Assembly: GCA_965218795.1 (NCBI GenBank) | Contig: OZ244653.1 | Location: forward strand, 2,240,001-2,304,000 | Origin: a bacterium | GTDB lineage: Bacteria; UBA8248; JACPRG01; G963555815 | Length of the DNA stretch: 64,000 nucleotides | Reading direction: 5' to 3' | Shown: one piece after another, positions 52,607 through 64,000 of the stretch | How the letters are laid out: every line of letters starts with the position of its first letter | Position numbering within the stretch: position 1 is the first letter of the stretch | The notes under the pieces: model-generated | Database searches by the model: none | What the model was told of the DNA's origin: nothing | Seen by the model: only the letters and a program-made list of their open reading frames with translations | Program-made: the position numbers and the translations under genes

Positions 52607-54886
52607 ATGTCAAATCCTCTACTCATCGTTGAATCGCCCGCCAAAGCCAACACCCTGAAGAAGTTCCTGGGTCGGGGTTTTCGTGTGGAGGCCTCCGTCG
52701 GACACCTGCGGGATCTGCCGCCCAAAAAGCTCGGCGTCGATGTCGAGAATGATTTTGCGCCGGAGTACGAAGTCATCGAGGGCAAGAGCAAAGTCTTGGC
52801 CCGATTGAAAGCGGCGGCCAAGGATAGCGAGGCTGTCTATCTGGCTCCGGACCCGGACCGGGAGGGCGAAGCCATTGCCTGGCACATCCAGCAGGAAATC
52901 CAGCCCGTGACGAAGGGCAAAATCTATCGGATCACATTTAATGAGATTACCAAGCAGGCGGTCACCCGGGCCGTGAAGCAGCCCGGGGAGATCGACCGGA
53001 ACAAGGTCGAAGCGCAGCAGGCCCGCCGGGTTCTCGACCGCTTGGTGGGCTATAAGCTCAGCCCTCTTCTCGGGCGGCGGCTGCGCAATTGGGGCCTGAG
53101 CGCGGGACGGGTACAGTCCGTCGCCCTCCGCCTCGTCTGTGATCGGGAAAAGGAAATCGAAGAATTCGTTCCCGTCGAATACTGGACGATCACGGCCCAA
53201 CTTGTAGGCAGCGAGCCGCCGCCCTTTGAGGCCGCGCTGCACCGGATCAATGGCAAGAAGGCCGAGATTCCGAATGAAGAACGGTCAAACGAAATCCTCG
53301 GCCGCCTGAAAGGCGCTGAGTACCGTGTCTCCAAGGTCGACCGAAAAAAGAGGCGGCGAAAGGCCTCCCCGCCGTTTATCACCTCCACGCTTCAGCAGGA
53401 CGCCTCCCGGCGCCTGAGATTCACGGCCAAGAAAACCATGGCCATCGCCCAACAGTTGTATGAGGGGCTTGATGTCGGCGAGGAGGGGCCGGTGGGTCTG
53501 ATCACGTATATGAGGACGGATTCCACCCGGGTTGCGAATGAGGCGCTCACCGAAACCCGAGCGTTCATTGAAAAAGAGTATGGAAAAGATTTCCTGCCTG
53601 ACAAGGCGCAAGTGTATACCTCCAAAAAGGGGGCGCAGGATGCCCACGAGGCCATCCGGCCTACATCCGCCCTCCGCTCTCCATCCTCCCTGGAAGGGAA
53701 ACTGAGCAAAGACCAGCTGGGCCTGTATCGTCTCATCTGGAACCGGTTCGTCGCCTCGCAGATGAATCCGGCCGTCTACGATCAGACCTCCGTGGACATC
53801 CAGGCCGGAGATTACACCTTTCGCGCAACCGGCTCCATCCTCGTATTTTCCGGTTTCACGAGGGTCTACGAGGAACAGACGGAAGAAGATCCCAAGGCGG
53901 ATGATACCAACCGCCCGCTGCCCCCGCTTGAGGAAAGACAGGTTGTCGGATGCGAAAAGATCGTCCCCAAGCAGCACTTTACTCAGCCTCCCCCCCGCTT
54001 CAGCGAAGCCAGTCTGGTCCGGGTCCTGGAGGAAAAAGGGATTGGCCGTCCCAGCACCTATGCGTCCATCATCAGCACCTTGTCAGACCGTGATTATGTC
54101 CGCCTCCAACAGCGTCAAATGCATCCGACGGACCTGGGAAGGATGATATCGGGCCTGTTGGTGAAGAATTTTCCCGATCTGATGAACGTCGGATTTACGG
54201 CGGAGATGGAAAACCGCCTCGATTCCATTGAAGAAGGAAAGGAGACCTGGACGGCGGCCTTGAAGGACTTTTACACGCCCTTTGAAAAAACCCTCAAAGA
54301 AGCCGAATCCACGATCAATGAACCGGAGCCGACCGGCAAGAAATGCCCCGACTGCGGCGGTGAGCTCGTGAGACGCCCCAGCCGGTACGGAATGTTTATC
54401 GGATGTTCCAATTATCCCGAGTGCCGCTACACGGAGTCGACGAGCAAGCGGGAGGCCGCGCCCCCTGTCGAAACCGACCAGAAATGTGACAAGTGCGGCT
54501 CGCCGATGGTCATCAAACAAGGACGATTTGGAGCCTTTCTTTCCTGCTCTCGTTATCCGGAATGCAAGAACGCGAAACCCATTCCCACTGGAGCGAACTG
54601 CCCCCAATGCGGCGGTGACATCGTTTCCAGACGCTCTAGGAAAGGCCGAAACTTCTACGGGTGCGCGAATTACCCGGAATGCGATTATGTCTCCGGGTCC
54701 CGGCCCTTCCCAAAATCCTGTCCCGAGTGCGAATCGCCGAATTTGGTCGTCCAGCGGAGAGAGCTCCGCTGCCCCAATAAAGAATGCGACCATACCGAAT
54801 CGCTTCCGGACAATTGGGGGATGGTGGGTTTGATGGCTGCCGACGCCGTCAACGGAGGGGAACAGGCCCCGGAAAGGGAACCGTGA
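52607..54886 (+). CDS. topA: DNA topoisomerase I
   Basis: IVESPAK, DPDREGE, SAGRVQS, ITYMRTDS, C-terminal zinc ribbons. Confidence 0.97.
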   Translation: MSNPLLIVESPAKANTLKKFLGRGFRVEASVGHLRDLPPKKLGVDVENDFAPEYEVIEGKSKVLARLKAAAKDSEAVYLAPDPDREGEAIAWHIQQEIQPVTKGKIYRITFNEITKQAVTRAVKQPGEIDRNKVEAQQARRVLDRLVGYKLSPLLGRRLRNWGLSAGRVQSVALRLVCDREKEIEEFVPVEYWTITAQLVGSEPPPFEAALHRINGKKAEIPNEERSNEILGRLKGAEYRVSKVDRKKRRRKASPPFITSTLQQDASRRLRFTAKKTMAIAQQLYEGLDVGEEGPVGLITYMRTDSTRVANEALTETRAFIEKEYGKDFLPDKAQVYTSKKGAQDAHEAIRPTSALRSPSSLEGKLSKDQLGLYRLIWNRFVASQMNPAVYDQTSVDIQAGDYTFRATGSILVFSGFTRVYEEQTEEDPKADDTNRPLPPLEERQVVGCEKIVPKQHFTQPPPRFSEASLVRVLEEKGIGRPSTYASIISTLSDRDYVRLQQRQMHPTDLGRMISGLLVKNFPDLMNVGFTAEMENRLDSIEEGKETWTAALKDFYTPFEKTLKEAESTINEPEPTGKKCPDCGGELVRRPSRYGMFIGCSNYPECRYTESTSKREAAPPVETDQKCDKCGSPMVIKQGRFGAFLSCSRYPECKNAKPIPTGANCPQCGGDIVSRRSRKGRNFYGCANYPECDYVSGSRPFPKSCPECESPNLVVQRRELRCPNKECDHTESLPDNWGMVGLMAADAVNGGEQAPEREP

Positions 54887-56199
54887 CCCAACCGGTCACC
54901 ATCGTAGGCGGAGGGTTCGCAGGCGTCGAGGCCGCATGGCAGGCGGCGGAAAGAGGCTCGCAGGTCAAGTTGCACGAAATGCGCCCCCGGCAATCCACCC
55001 CGGCCCACAAGACCGGCGACCTGGCCGAGCTTGTCTGCAGCAACTCCCTGAAAGCCGACTCCATCACCACCGCATCGGGCCTTCTCAAGGCTGAGCTTCG
55101 CTTGCTGGGCTCACTCGTCCTCCGTGTGGCGGACGCCTGCCGGATCCCCGCGGGTCAGGCCCTCGCCGTCGATCGGGAAGCGTTCGCTCGGGAAATCACA
55201 GGTCAGATCGAATCTCATCCGCGCATCACCCTCACCCGGGAGGAAGTCCGTTCGATCCCTTCCGGAGACCCGGTCGTCCTTGCGACGGGGCCCCTGACCT
55301 CACCGGAGCTGGCCGCCTCCCTGGCAAAGATGACGGGCGAGGATCACCTGTATTTCTACGACGCGATCTCGCCGATTGTGGACGGCGAGACGATTGACTA
55401 CGATGCAGCATTTTTCGCGTCTCGCTACGGGAAGGGGGAAACCGACGGCTACCTCAACCTGGGCCTGACGAATAAGGTGTATTCCGAATTTTGTGAAAAC
55501 CTGATCAGGGCGGAAAAAGTCCCCCTCCACGCCTTCGAGGAACCCAAATATTTTGAGGGGTGCCTTCCGATCGAGGTGTTGGCCGCTCGCGGGGAGAAAA
55601 CATTGGCCTACGGTCCGTTAAAGCCGGTCGGCTTGGGCCATCCCAAGAACGGGAGCCGTTTCCATGCCGTCGTTCAATTGAGGCGGGAGAACACGGCGGG
55701 GTCCGCTTACAACATGGTCGGGTTTCAGACGAAGATGACCTATCCCGAGCAACGACGCGTATTCCGCACCTTGCCGGGGCTGGAGCGGGCGGCCTTCTTC
55801 CGCTATGGGAGCATCCACCGAAACACCTATCTCAATGCTCCCAGACTTCTTCTCCCGACATTGCAGCTTCGACAGGATCCCCGTCTTTTCATCGCCGGCC
55901 AGATCACGGGTGTCGAGGGCTATCTCGAATCTGCGGCCACGGGGCTGCTCGCCGGATTGCACGCTTCGGCACGCTCCGCTGGGACCATCCTGCCCGATCC
56001 CCCTCAGGCCACGGCCATCGGGTCGCTGATTACATACTTGAAGAACGCCGATCCGAATCATTTTCAGCCTGTCAATATCAGTTACGGCCTTTTGCCGCAG
56101 GTCCCCAGGAAAGGTTCCAAAGAGGACCGCCGTCGCATGGTTGCCGACAGAGCACAACGAGAGCTGGAAGAATGGAAAAGAGACCTCCGACTCGTTTAG
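54883..56199 (+). CDS. trmFO: Folate/FAD-dependent tRNA m5U54 methyltransferase
   Basis: GGGFAGVEAAWQ, LVCSNS, FEGCLPIE, AGQITGVEGY. Confidence 0.95.
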   Translation: MTQPVTIVGGGFAGVEAAWQAAERGSQVKLHEMRPRQSTPAHKTGDLAELVCSNSLKADSITTASGLLKAELRLLGSLVLRVADACRIPAGQALAVDREAFAREITGQIESHPRITLTREEVRSIPSGDPVVLATGPLTSPELAASLAKMTGEDHLYFYDAISPIVDGETIDYDAAFFASRYGKGETDGYLNLGLTNKVYSEFCENLIRAEKVPLHAFEEPKYFEGCLPIEVLAARGEKTLAYGPLKPVGLGHPKNGSRFHAVVQLRRENTAGSAYNMVGFQTKMTYPEQRRVFRTLPGLERAAFFRYGSIHRNTYLNAPRLLLPTLQLRQDPRLFIAGQITGVEGYLESAATGLLAGLHASARSAGTILPDPPQATAIGSLITYLKNADPNHFQPVNISYGLLPQVPRKGSKEDRRRMVADRAQRELEEWKRDLRLV

Positions 56200-57182
56200 G
56201 CGAAGCCATTCAGGCATTCGACCGTTTTCTCCGACTTGAAAGGAACGCCTCCCCGCATACGCTAAGAAACTACATGGGCGATCTGGAGGACTTTCGGAGA
56301 TATCTGCGAGACGGTGCGAACCCGGATCCGGGTCTGGAAGACATCGATCGGGCGAGGATCCGCGGCTATCTCGCTCACCTCCATCAACGCGGGAACCGCC
56401 CTTCCACCGTTTCCCGAAAACTGAGCGCGCTGCGGTCTTGCCTTCGGCACGCGCGGCGGTTGGGCTACTCCGGACGCGATACCGTATCGGATATTCCCAC
56501 GCCCAAACGCGAGAACCGGGTCCCCCGCACCCTGACCGTAGACGAGGCCACCCGGCTGATGGAATACGCGAGTTCCCGCACGTCCCGGTCACCGAAGGCC
56601 AGGGCCCTTGACCTTCGCAATCGGGCCATATGGGAAGTGCTATACTCTACGGGCGTCCGGGTTGGCGAATTGGTCGGGGCTGACCTGAACTCGATGAATC
56701 TGGAGGAGGGGGTTTTTCGGGTTCACGGAAAAGGGTCCAAGGAGCGGATTGTCCCGCTGGGCGGGAAGGCGGCGGCGGCTCTCGCTGAGTATTTGGAGGC
56801 GCGTCCGGCGCTGAAGCCCAGGGATCAAGGACCCGACGCACCACTCTTTCTGAACAACCGCGGCCAGCGGCTCAGTGATCAGCGCGTGCGTGATCTCCTG
56901 GCCCAAATCGTGCGCTCGATGGGGCTGTCGGGAAAGGCTTCCCCGCATACCCTCCGGCACTCGATGGCCACCCACCTGTTGGAAGCAGGGGCCAACTTGC
57001 GGGACATCCAGGAAATGCTGGGCCACAGTTCCCTTTCCACGACGCAGAAATATACCCATCTGGCCGTCGACCGGCTCTTCGAAGTGTATGACAAGACTCA
57101 CCCGCGGGCGATCCATCGAAAAGGCCGGAAGACCGCGCCACCGCTACAGGCTGCGGAATCGGGGGAGGGGGAATCGAATTGA
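56172..57182 (+). CDS. xerC: Tyrosine recombinase XerC
   Basis: [38 protein letters not shown]; trmFO-xerC-hslV context. Confidence 0.88.
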   Translation: MEKRPPTRLGEAIQAFDRFLRLERNASPHTLRNYMGDLEDFRRYLRDGANPDPGLEDIDRARIRGYLAHLHQRGNRPSTVSRKLSALRSCLRHARRLGYSGRDTVSDIPTPKRENRVPRTLTVDEATRLMEYASSRTSRSPKARALDLRNRAIWEVLYSTGVRVGELVGADLNSMNLEEGVFRVHGKGSKERIVPLGGKAAAALAEYLEARPALKPRDQGPDAPLFLNNRGQRLSDQRVRDLLAQIVRSMGLSGKASPHTLRHSMATHLLEAGANLRDIQEMLGHSSLSTTQKYTHLAVDRLFEVYDKTHPRAIHRKGRKTAPPLQAAESGEGESN

Positions 57183-57721
57183 TCCGCTCGACTACGATCT
57201 TGTCCATCCGGCGGGGAACGGAGGTCGCGATGGCCGGTGACGGCCAGGTCACCGTCGGTCAACAAATCATGAAAAATCAGGCCAGCAAGATCCGGAAGAT
57301 CTACAAGGACCAGGTGCTTGCGGGCTTCGCCGGTTCCGCGGCGGACGCGCTTGCGCTGTTTGAGAAGTTCGAAGGCCGACTGGAGGAATTCCACGGCAAT
57401 CTCCCGCGGGCCTCCGTCGAGTTGGCCAAAGACTGGCGGACGGATCGCGTCCTCCGAAGGCTGGAGGCGCTTTTGGCCGTTTCGGACCGGAACAACAGCT
57501 TCCTCGTCTCCGGGACCGGGGACCTGATCGAGCCGGACGACGGAATCGTGGCCATCGGCTCGGGAGGGGCCTACGCGCTCGCCGCCGCGCGGGCTCTCCT
57601 CAGGCATACGGCCCTCGACGCGAAATCGATTGCGCGGGAAGCGATGCAAGAGGCCGCCGCGATCTGCATTTACACCAACGGGGAAATTCTCGTCGAAGCC
57701 CTGGGACCGGGAGAGGAATAA
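57179..57721 (+). CDS. hslV: ATP-dependent protease subunit HslV
   Basis: [24 protein letters not shown]. Confidence 0.96.
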   Translation: MIRSTTILSIRRGTEVAMAGDGQVTVGQQIMKNQASKIRKIYKDQVLAGFAGSAADALALFEKFEGRLEEFHGNLPRASVELAKDWRTDRVLRRLEALLAVSDRNNSFLVSGTGDLIEPDDGIVAIGSGGAYALAAARALLRHTALDAKSIAREAMQEAAAICIYTNGEILVEALGPGEE

Positions 57722-57722
57722 C

Positions 57723-59138
57723 GTGGAAGACCTTTCACCCCGGCAGATCGTCGAAGTGCTCGACCGGTACATCATCGGCCAGGACGCCGCAAAGCGCGCC
57801 GTTGCGATTGCCTTACGAAACCGCTGGCGAAGGCGCCAGCTTCCGCCGGAACTCCGCGAGGAAGTCGCACCGAAGAACATCATCATGATCGGCCCGACGG
57901 GGGTCGGCAAGACCGAGATCGCCCGCCGGCTCGCGCGTATGGCGAACAGTCCCTTCGTCAAGGTGGAGGCCACGAAGTACACAGAGGTGGGATACGTCGG
58001 ACGGGACGTGGAGAGCATGATCCGGGATCTGATGGGCAGCTCGATGAACGCCGTCGAGACTGAGCATCGGAAAGAGGTGGAAGAACGGGCCAAAGAACGG
58101 GCCCTGGAGCGTTTGCTGGACGCGCTCCTCCCGTCGAACGAATACGAACATCCAGAACAACCCCAATGGGTCCCTCAGGAAAAACCGACCGGTGAGGGCA
58201 ACGGCGGCCAACGGTTCGATTACATCGGACCCGAATCCGCTCAATCCTCCTCCGTTGGGCGCAAAACCAGGGACAAGCTGCGGGAGATGCTGTTGTCGGG
58301 AAAGCTGGACGAGAGAGAGATTGAAATCGAGACGACGGCCCAGGCCTCTCCCATCATCGGAGTCATGCCGGGAGCGGGCCTGGAAGACCTGGATATGAAT
58401 TTAAAGGAGATGCTCGGCAACATTCTTCCGGAAAAGAGGAAAACCCAGAAGGTCAAGGTGACCGAAGCCATCAAGATTTTCGTCGAAGAGGAAACCTCCA
58501 AGCTCATCGATAAGGAAAAGATCGTCCAGGAGGCCACGGAGCGCGTCGAGGAGTCCGGCATCGTCTTTATTGATGAGCTGGACAAGATCGCAAGCCGCAG
58601 TCACACACAGGGCGCCGACGTTTCCCGCGAAGGCGTTCAGCGGGATATTCTCCCCATTGTGGAAGGTTCCACCGTCCCGACGAAGTACGGACCCTTACGG
58701 ACCGATCATGTTCTGTTTATCGCGGCGGGCGCCTTCCATATGTCCAAGCCGTCCGACCTCATCCCCGAGCTTCAAGGACGATTTCCAATCCGCGTGGAGC
58801 TGGAGGCTCTGGGCGAAGAGGAGTTCGTCCGAATTCTGACCGAGCCGGAAAACGCACTGGTCCGGCAGTACATCGAGCTTCTGAAGACCGAGGGAATTCA
58901 GTTGACCTTTACCCCGGACGCCATCCGGGAGGTTTCCCGACTCGCGGCCCTGGTGAACGGCAGGACTGAAAACATCGGCGCGCGGCGACTCCATACCATC
59001 GTTGAGCGGCTCCTGGAAGATGTTTCATTCGACGCGCCTGACATGGAGGAAACGGAGATCGTCATCGATCCCGAATATGTTCAAGAGCGGTTGAAGGACG
59101 TGGTCCAGGACGAGGACTACAGCCGCTATATTCTCTGA
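57723..59138 (+). CDS. hslU: ATP-dependent protease ATPase HslU
   Basis: [32 protein letters not shown]. Confidence 0.97.
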   Translation: MEDLSPRQIVEVLDRYIIGQDAAKRAVAIALRNRWRRRQLPPELREEVAPKNIIMIGPTGVGKTEIARRLARMANSPFVKVEATKYTEVGYVGRDVESMIRDLMGSSMNAVETEHRKEVEERAKERALERLLDALLPSNEYEHPEQPQWVPQEKPTGEGNGGQRFDYIGPESAQSSSVGRKTRDKLREMLLSGKLDEREIEIETTAQASPIIGVMPGAGLEDLDMNLKEMLGNILPEKRKTQKVKVTEAIKIFVEEETSKLIDKEKIVQEATERVEESGIVFIDELDKIASRSHTQGADVSREGVQRDILPIVEGSTVPTKYGPLRTDHVLFIAAGAFHMSKPSDLIPELQGRFPIRVELEALGEEEFVRILTEPENALVRQYIELLKTEGIQLTFTPDAIREVSRLAALVNGRTENIGARRLHTIVERLLEDVSFDAPDMEETEIVIDPEYVQERLKDVVQDEDYSRYIL

Positions 59139-59228
59139 TTTCCCCTTTTCAATGATCGTCCGCTCCATGCGCGCCTGCGATTCAGACCATCGTCCCTCCT
59201 CTTCCGTCTCCATCTCCTTTGATGAGTG

Positions 59229-59891
59229 ATGGTTGACTCACGGACCAGCGGCGTCGTTTTCGACCTTTGGAACACCCTGGTGTATGAAAGCGCATCCCCC
59301 AACCCGGTCGTCCGGATGGCGGAGATGCTGGGCATCGCCGATCGGCCGGACTGGCACTCGCTGATGGAGCGGGCTTATATGACCGCGCGGGTGAGCGGGA
59401 TCGAAGAGGCCCTCAATCGATTGGCGCTTCTGGCGGCTCTTCCGCCCGTCGATCCCTCCCCTTATGTGGAGATGTTCCGAAAGTACGAGCGAACGACCCG
59501 CTTGTTCGACGATGTCTTGCCAACCCTCCAATCGCTTCGATCCGATTACCGCCTGGCCCTATTGACGAATACGCAGTCATTCGGGCTGGGATTCATCGAG
59601 GAAACCGGCCTCATCGACCTCTTTGATGTGACTTGCATGTCTTATGAATGCGGATTCCTGAAACCCGACGCCCGGATATTTCAATGCACAGCCGAACGGC
59701 TGGACTTGCCCCCGCAGCGCCTGACGATGGTGGGGGACAATCTCGATAAGGATGTTCTCGCAGCAGAAGCCCAGGAGTGGACGGGGATCCTGATCAAGCG
59801 AACCCGCGGGTCACTTTCCCACTCCGAGACGGGCTCACACGTCAGGACCGTTCGGTCGATCGACGAAATTGCACCGCTCCTCCGGCGTTGA
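59229..59891 (+). CDS. HAD-superfamily hydrolase
   Basis: VFDLWNTL, LLTN, KPDARIF, MVGDNLDKD. Confidence 0.85.
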   Translation: MVDSRTSGVVFDLWNTLVYESASPNPVVRMAEMLGIADRPDWHSLMERAYMTARVSGIEEALNRLALLAALPPVDPSPYVEMFRKYERTTRLFDDVLPTLQSLRSDYRLALLTNTQSFGLGFIEETGLIDLFDVTCMSYECGFLKPDARIFQCTAERLDLPPQRLTMVGDNLDKDVLAAEAQEWTGILIKRTRGSLSHSETGSHVRTVRSIDEIAPLLRR

Positions 59892-60009
59892 CAGGGCGAC
59901 CCGAGTCTTTGACCCGCTTTCATCAGCTTCAAATTGAGTTGAAACCCCGCAGGGTCGGGACCATAATTAACCTTTTGATTTCTTGAACCATAACCGATCA
60001 GGATACGAA

Positions 60010-60906
60010 ATGAACCTCACGCCGAGCGACAAGACGAATATCCTCGTCCAGGCTCTCCCCTACATCCGCCGGTTCCACGGAAAAACCGTCGTCATCAAAT
60101 ACGGCGGCGCGGCGATGGAAAAGACGGACCTGCGGGAGTTGTTCGCAGAGGATGTGACGCTGCTGAGCTACATCGGCATTCGGGTGGTCATCATCCACGG
60201 GGGCGGGCCGCAGATTGGCGAGGTATTGAAGCGGCAGGGGAAAGAATCCGAATTCGTCATGGGCCTCCGCGTAACGGACAAAGAGACGATGGATATCGTT
60301 TCCATGGTCCTCGGCGGGAAAGTGAATCAGGAGATTGTCAATTGGATCAACAGCCACGGCGGACGCGCCGTGGGGCTATCCGGAGTGGACGCCGGAACCC
60401 TCCAGACGTGTAAGCTTCACATCGAACCGCCCGAGGGATGGGTCGGCGATCCGCCGGACCTCGGGATGGTCGGGGATATCCGCGAGGTACGCGCCGGCTT
60501 GTTGGATTTGCTGACCGAGCGGGGCTACATTCCCGTGATCGCCCCGATGGGCGTGGGCGAAGATATCCAGCTTTACAACATCAACGCGGACACGGCAGCG
60601 GGTCACATCGCCGGCGCCCTGTGCGCAGAGAAGGTCGTTTACCTGACCGATGTGAGCGGCATCAAGGACGAAAACGGTGACCTGATCACATCCTTGGACA
60701 AGGAAACCGTTCAGGCCATGCAAACCCGGGGGGTCATTTCGGGTGGAATGTTGCCCAAAGTCGACGCCTGCCTCCGCGCCCTGGAATCCGGCGTGGGAAA
60801 GGCGCATATCATCGACGGTCGCATTCCCCACTCCATCCTCCTGGAGGTCTTCACCGATCAGGGGATCGGGACCGAGATCGTCCTGAATCAAGACGTCACC
60901 CGCTAA
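60010..60906 (+). CDS. argB: Acetylglutamate kinase
   Basis: VIKYGG, HGGGPQI, GLRVTD, NINAD, GGMLPK. Confidence 0.96.
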   Translation: MNLTPSDKTNILVQALPYIRRFHGKTVVIKYGGAAMEKTDLRELFAEDVTLLSYIGIRVVIIHGGGPQIGEVLKRQGKESEFVMGLRVTDKETMDIVSMVLGGKVNQEIVNWINSHGGRAVGLSGVDAGTLQTCKLHIEPPEGWVGDPPDLGMVGDIREVRAGLLDLLTERGYIPVIAPMGVGEDIQLYNINADTAAGHIAGALCAEKVVYLTDVSGIKDENGDLITSLDKETVQAMQTRGVISGGMLPKVDACLRALESGVGKAHIIDGRIPHSILLEVFTDQGIGTEIVLNQDVTR

Positions 60907-60975
60907 ACCCGGGTCGTTATCCCACAGGCAGGGCGGCCCTTCCCGACCCGCAATATGAAGTGCGGGAGAATTGAT

Positions 60976-62178
60976 ATGGATTCGGAAGAGTACATCGAAG
61001 AAGCGGAAAAGTACGTGGCCAAGACGTACGGCCGGTATCCGATGGTGCCGGTCCGGGCGGATGACACGCGCATCTGGGACGCCGACGGCAAGGAATACAC
61101 CGATTTCGTTTCGGGGCTCGGCGTGATCAACCTGGGACACTGTCATCCCAAGGTGGTCGAAGCCATCCGGGAGCAGGCCGGCACCCTGATGCACACCTCC
61201 AATCTCTTTCACATACCGCCCCAGATCGAGTTGGCGAAGCGACTCGTCGAAGCCTCATTCGCGGACAAGGCCTATTTTTGCAACAGCGGAGCCGAAGCCA
61301 ACGAATCCGCCGTCAAGCTCGCCAGAAAGTACAGCCATGACAAATACGGTGATGGGAGAGGAGACATCATCACGATGCTCGACTCTTTCCACGGCCGTTC
61401 CCTGACGACCCTCGCCGCGACGGGCCAGCCGAAATTCAGCAAGGGTTTTTATCCGCCCTCTCCCGGCTTCGTCCACGTGCCGTTCGACGACCTGGAAGCC
61501 GCCGAGGCCGCACTCACCGAGGTCACGTGCGCCATCATGGTGGAGCCGATTCAGGGAGAAGGCGGGGTCCACATCCCGAGCCCGGGATATCTGGCGGACC
61601 TTCGGAGGATCTGTGATGAGCGGGATTTGGTGCTGATTTTCGATGAGGTCCAGACGGGGATGGGCCGCACCGGGACGCTCTTTGCGTATGAACATGAAGG
61701 GGTGGAGCCGGACGCCATGGCCCTGGCCAAATCTTTGGCGGGCGGCACGGCCATTGGCGCGCTCCTGGCGAAGGAGCCGTTTATCTCCGCCCTCGGTCCC
61801 GGCACCCATGCGAGTACTTTCGGGGGCAACTTTCTGGCGACGGCGGCGGGCGTCGCGGCTATGGACGTCTTCGCCGAGGGGAGCATTCTGGCGAATTGCA
61901 AAGAAATGGGCGTCTATTTCACAGCCGGGCTGGAATCCCTCAAGGAGAGTCACCCCTGCATCGAGGAGATTCGGTCAAAGGGTTTGATGATCGGGGTCGA
62001 GCTGGATCATGAAGGGGTGGAATACGTCCCCCAGGCCATGGATCGTGGATTCCTGATCAATTGCACCATGGGCAGCGTCCTTCGGTTCCTACCTCCGTTG
62101 ACAATCACCCAAGGCGACATCGACCGTCTCCTAGCCGTGTTGGACGAGCTTTTGCCCGGCCCGGAGGCCGCCGATTAG
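60976..62178 (+). CDS. argD: Acetylornithine aminotransferase
   Basis: NSGAEANE, SFHGR, EPIQGEGG, DEVQTGMGRTG. Confidence 0.93.
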   Translation: MDSEEYIEEAEKYVAKTYGRYPMVPVRADDTRIWDADGKEYTDFVSGLGVINLGHCHPKVVEAIREQAGTLMHTSNLFHIPPQIELAKRLVEASFADKAYFCNSGAEANESAVKLARKYSHDKYGDGRGDIITMLDSFHGRSLTTLAATGQPKFSKGFYPPSPGFVHVPFDDLEAAEAALTEVTCAIMVEPIQGEGGVHIPSPGYLADLRRICDERDLVLIFDEVQTGMGRTGTLFAYEHEGVEPDAMALAKSLAGGTAIGALLAKEPFISALGPGTHASTFGGNFLATAAGVAAMDVFAEGSILANCKEMGVYFTAGLESLKESHPCIEEIRSKGLMIGVELDHEGVEYVPQAMDRGFLINCTMGSVLRFLPPLTITQGDIDRLLAVLDELLPGPEAAD

Positions 62179-62187
62179 GGTTCCACG

Positions 62188-63126
62188 ATGCCGAAACACC
62201 TGCTCAGCGTCGATGACTTCAGTGCCGAAGAGATCCATCAACTGCTCGCCCGCGTCGATGATCTCCTCAATGCCCGCAAGGCCGGCCGATCGCCAAAGCC
62301 CCTTGAGGGAAAAACGCTGGCGATGATCTTCCAGAAGCCTTCCACCCGCACCCGGATCTCCTTTCATGTGGGGATGGCGGAGCTCGGCGGGGAGGCCCTG
62401 ATGTTGAGGGAGGATGAGATTCAGATCGGGCGGGGGGAGACGCTGGCCGACACCGCGCGCGTCATGTCCCGTTACGTCAACGGAATCCTGATCCGGACCT
62501 TTAAACAGTCCGACGTGGAAGAATTGGCCGGTCATGGAAGCATCCCGGTCATCAACGGACTGACGGATCTGGAGCATCCCTGTCAGATCCTGACCGACAT
62601 CTACACCATCCGGCAGAAGTTCGACGACTGGGCCCGATGCAAGATTGCCTGCGTCGGTGACGGGAACAACGTAGCGAATTCCTGGCTGTTGGCTGCGGGC
62701 AAGCTGGGCTTGAACTTTTCTCTGGCAACGCCCTCAGCGTATCCGGCGGACCCTGAGATCACCGCGCGAGCGAAAAAACTCGCCGCTGAATCCGGAGCGG
62801 AGCTTCATATCGGGAATGACCCAAGGGAGGCCGTTCAGGGAGCCCACGTCATTTATACCGACACTTGGGTGAGCATGGGCGCGGAGGCCGAACGGCGCGC
62901 ACGGCTGTCCAAGTTTGAAGGGTTTCAAGTGAACGCCCGGATCCTGCGCAACGCCGACCCCAAGGCCATTGTGATGCACTGTCTTCCCGCCCACCGGGGC
63001 GAAGAAATCACCGATGAGGTCATGGATGGCGCTCAGAGCGTTGTTTTCGACCAAGCGGAGAACCGTCTCCACGTCCAGAAGGGGATTCTCTCCGCGCTGA
63101 TGGCAGACGAGGCATCAGAAAGGTGA
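62188..63126 (+). CDS. argF: Ornithine carbamoyltransferase
   Basis: [26 protein letters not shown]. Confidence 0.96.
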   Translation: MPKHLLSVDDFSAEEIHQLLARVDDLLNARKAGRSPKPLEGKTLAMIFQKPSTRTRISFHVGMAELGGEALMLREDEIQIGRGETLADTARVMSRYVNGILIRTFKQSDVEELAGHGSIPVINGLTDLEHPCQILTDIYTIRQKFDDWARCKIACVGDGNNVANSWLLAAGKLGLNFSLATPSAYPADPEITARAKKLAAESGAELHIGNDPREAVQGAHVIYTDTWVSMGAEAERRARLSKFEGFQVNARILRNADPKAIVMHCLPAHRGEEITDEVMDGAQSVVFDQAENRLHVQKGILSALMADEASER

Positions 63127-63130
63127 CAGG

Positions 63131-64000
63131 TTGAGCCTGGAAGTGAACAAGATTGTCCTGGCCTATTCAGGCGGTCTGGACACATCCATTATTATTCGAT
63201 GGCTGCGGGAGCGGTACGAATGCCCCGTGGTTGCTTTCGTTGCAGACCTGGGACAGGGCGAGGACCTGGAGGCCGTCCGGGAGAAGGCCCTCCGCACCGG
63301 AGCAGCCGAGTGCTACGTGGAAGACCTTCGGGAGGAGTTCGTCCGTGATTATGTGTTCCCGATGCTCCGAGCCGGAGCGGTCTATGAGGGGGGATATCTG
63401 CTGGGGACTTCGATCGCCCGGCCCCTGATTGCCAAAGCCCAGATGGACATCGCCCGCCGGATGGGGGCCGATGCCGTGGCCCACGGCGCAACGGGAAAGG
63501 GCAACGACCAGGTGCGCTTCGAGCTGACCTATCTGGCCCTCGACCCCGGCATCCGGATCATCGCCCCCTGGCGCGAATGGACCTTCAAAGGGCGGGAAGA
63601 CCTCATCGCCTATGCGAAGAAGCACGGAATCCCGGTCCCCGTGACCAAGGAGAAGCCTTACAGCACGGACCGAAATCTTCTGCACATCAGCTTTGAAGGC
63701 GGAATCCTGGAGGACCCCTGGTCCGAGCCGCCGGAGGATATGTTCGTTCTGTCGGTCGCGCCGGAGAAGGCGCCCGACGAACCCGAATTCATCGAGATAG
63801 AGTTTGAAAAGGGGGATCCCGTAGCGGTCAACAAGGAAGCCTGTTCCCCGTCTTCACTTCTGGCCAAGCTGAACGATCTCGGAGGAGCCCACGGCATCGG
63901 GCGGGCGGACCTGGTGGAAAACCGATTTGTCGGCATGAAGTCCCGGGGTGTTTATGAAACTCCCGGCGGCACAATCCTGCACGCTGCCCGCACCGCGCTG
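63131..64000 (+). CDS. argG: Argininosuccinate synthase (5' part, truncated by window end; missing from the ORF track)
   Basis: [50 protein letters not shown]. Confidence 0.95.
   Translation, partial: MSLEVNKIVLAYSGGLDTSIIIRWLRERYECPVVAFVADLGQGEDLEAVREKALRTGAAECYVEDLREEFVRDYVFPMLRAGAVYEGGYLLGTSIARPLIAKAQMDIARRMGADAVAHGATGKGNDQVRFELTYLALDPGIRIIAPWREWTFKGREDLIAYAKKHGIPVPVTKEKPYSTDRNLLHISFEGGILEDPWSEPPEDMFVLSVAPEKAPDEPEFIEIEFEKGDPVAVNKEACSPSSLLAKLNDLGGAHGIGRADLVENRFVGMKSRGVYETPGGTILHAARTAL

Noticed and set aside
56172-57182. Prophage or island integrase
   Set aside because: It lies in the conserved trmFO-xerC-hslVU block with no att sites or cargo. The long 55560 ORF start is a shadow extension.

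Overview
This is a GC-rich, Gram-negative (diderm) bacterial chromosome window with three zones. (1) About 1-11 kb is a decaying mobile/defence island. It holds a Phd/YefM-VapC toxin-antitoxin pair coupled to a broken type I restriction subunit (hsdR), the right end of an IS66 element carrying a DUF4338 gene, HU, a NYN-LOTUS nuclease, a Bcr/CflA pump and an intact IS630 inserted in an IS3 remnant. (2) About 11-41 kb is an accessory metabolic zone with many pseudogenes. Its highlights are a selenoneine-type senA/senB pair joined to a betaine-family (EgtUV/Opu-like) ABC importer, an MFS transporter and a GlcG-like protein, and a ThrC-like/CysO-like sulfur carrier/JAMM protease/2xNIL operon. It also has hpnH-hpnA, pckA and thiD. 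(3) About 41-64 kb is intact core genome: ppiD, mreBCD-mrdA-rodA-rng, dprA-smg-topA-trmFO-xerC-hslVU, a HAD hydrolase and argB-argD-argF-argG (argG cut by the window end). I recognised no rRNA, tRNA or CRISPR array. All calls come from reading motifs by eye; no database searches were run.
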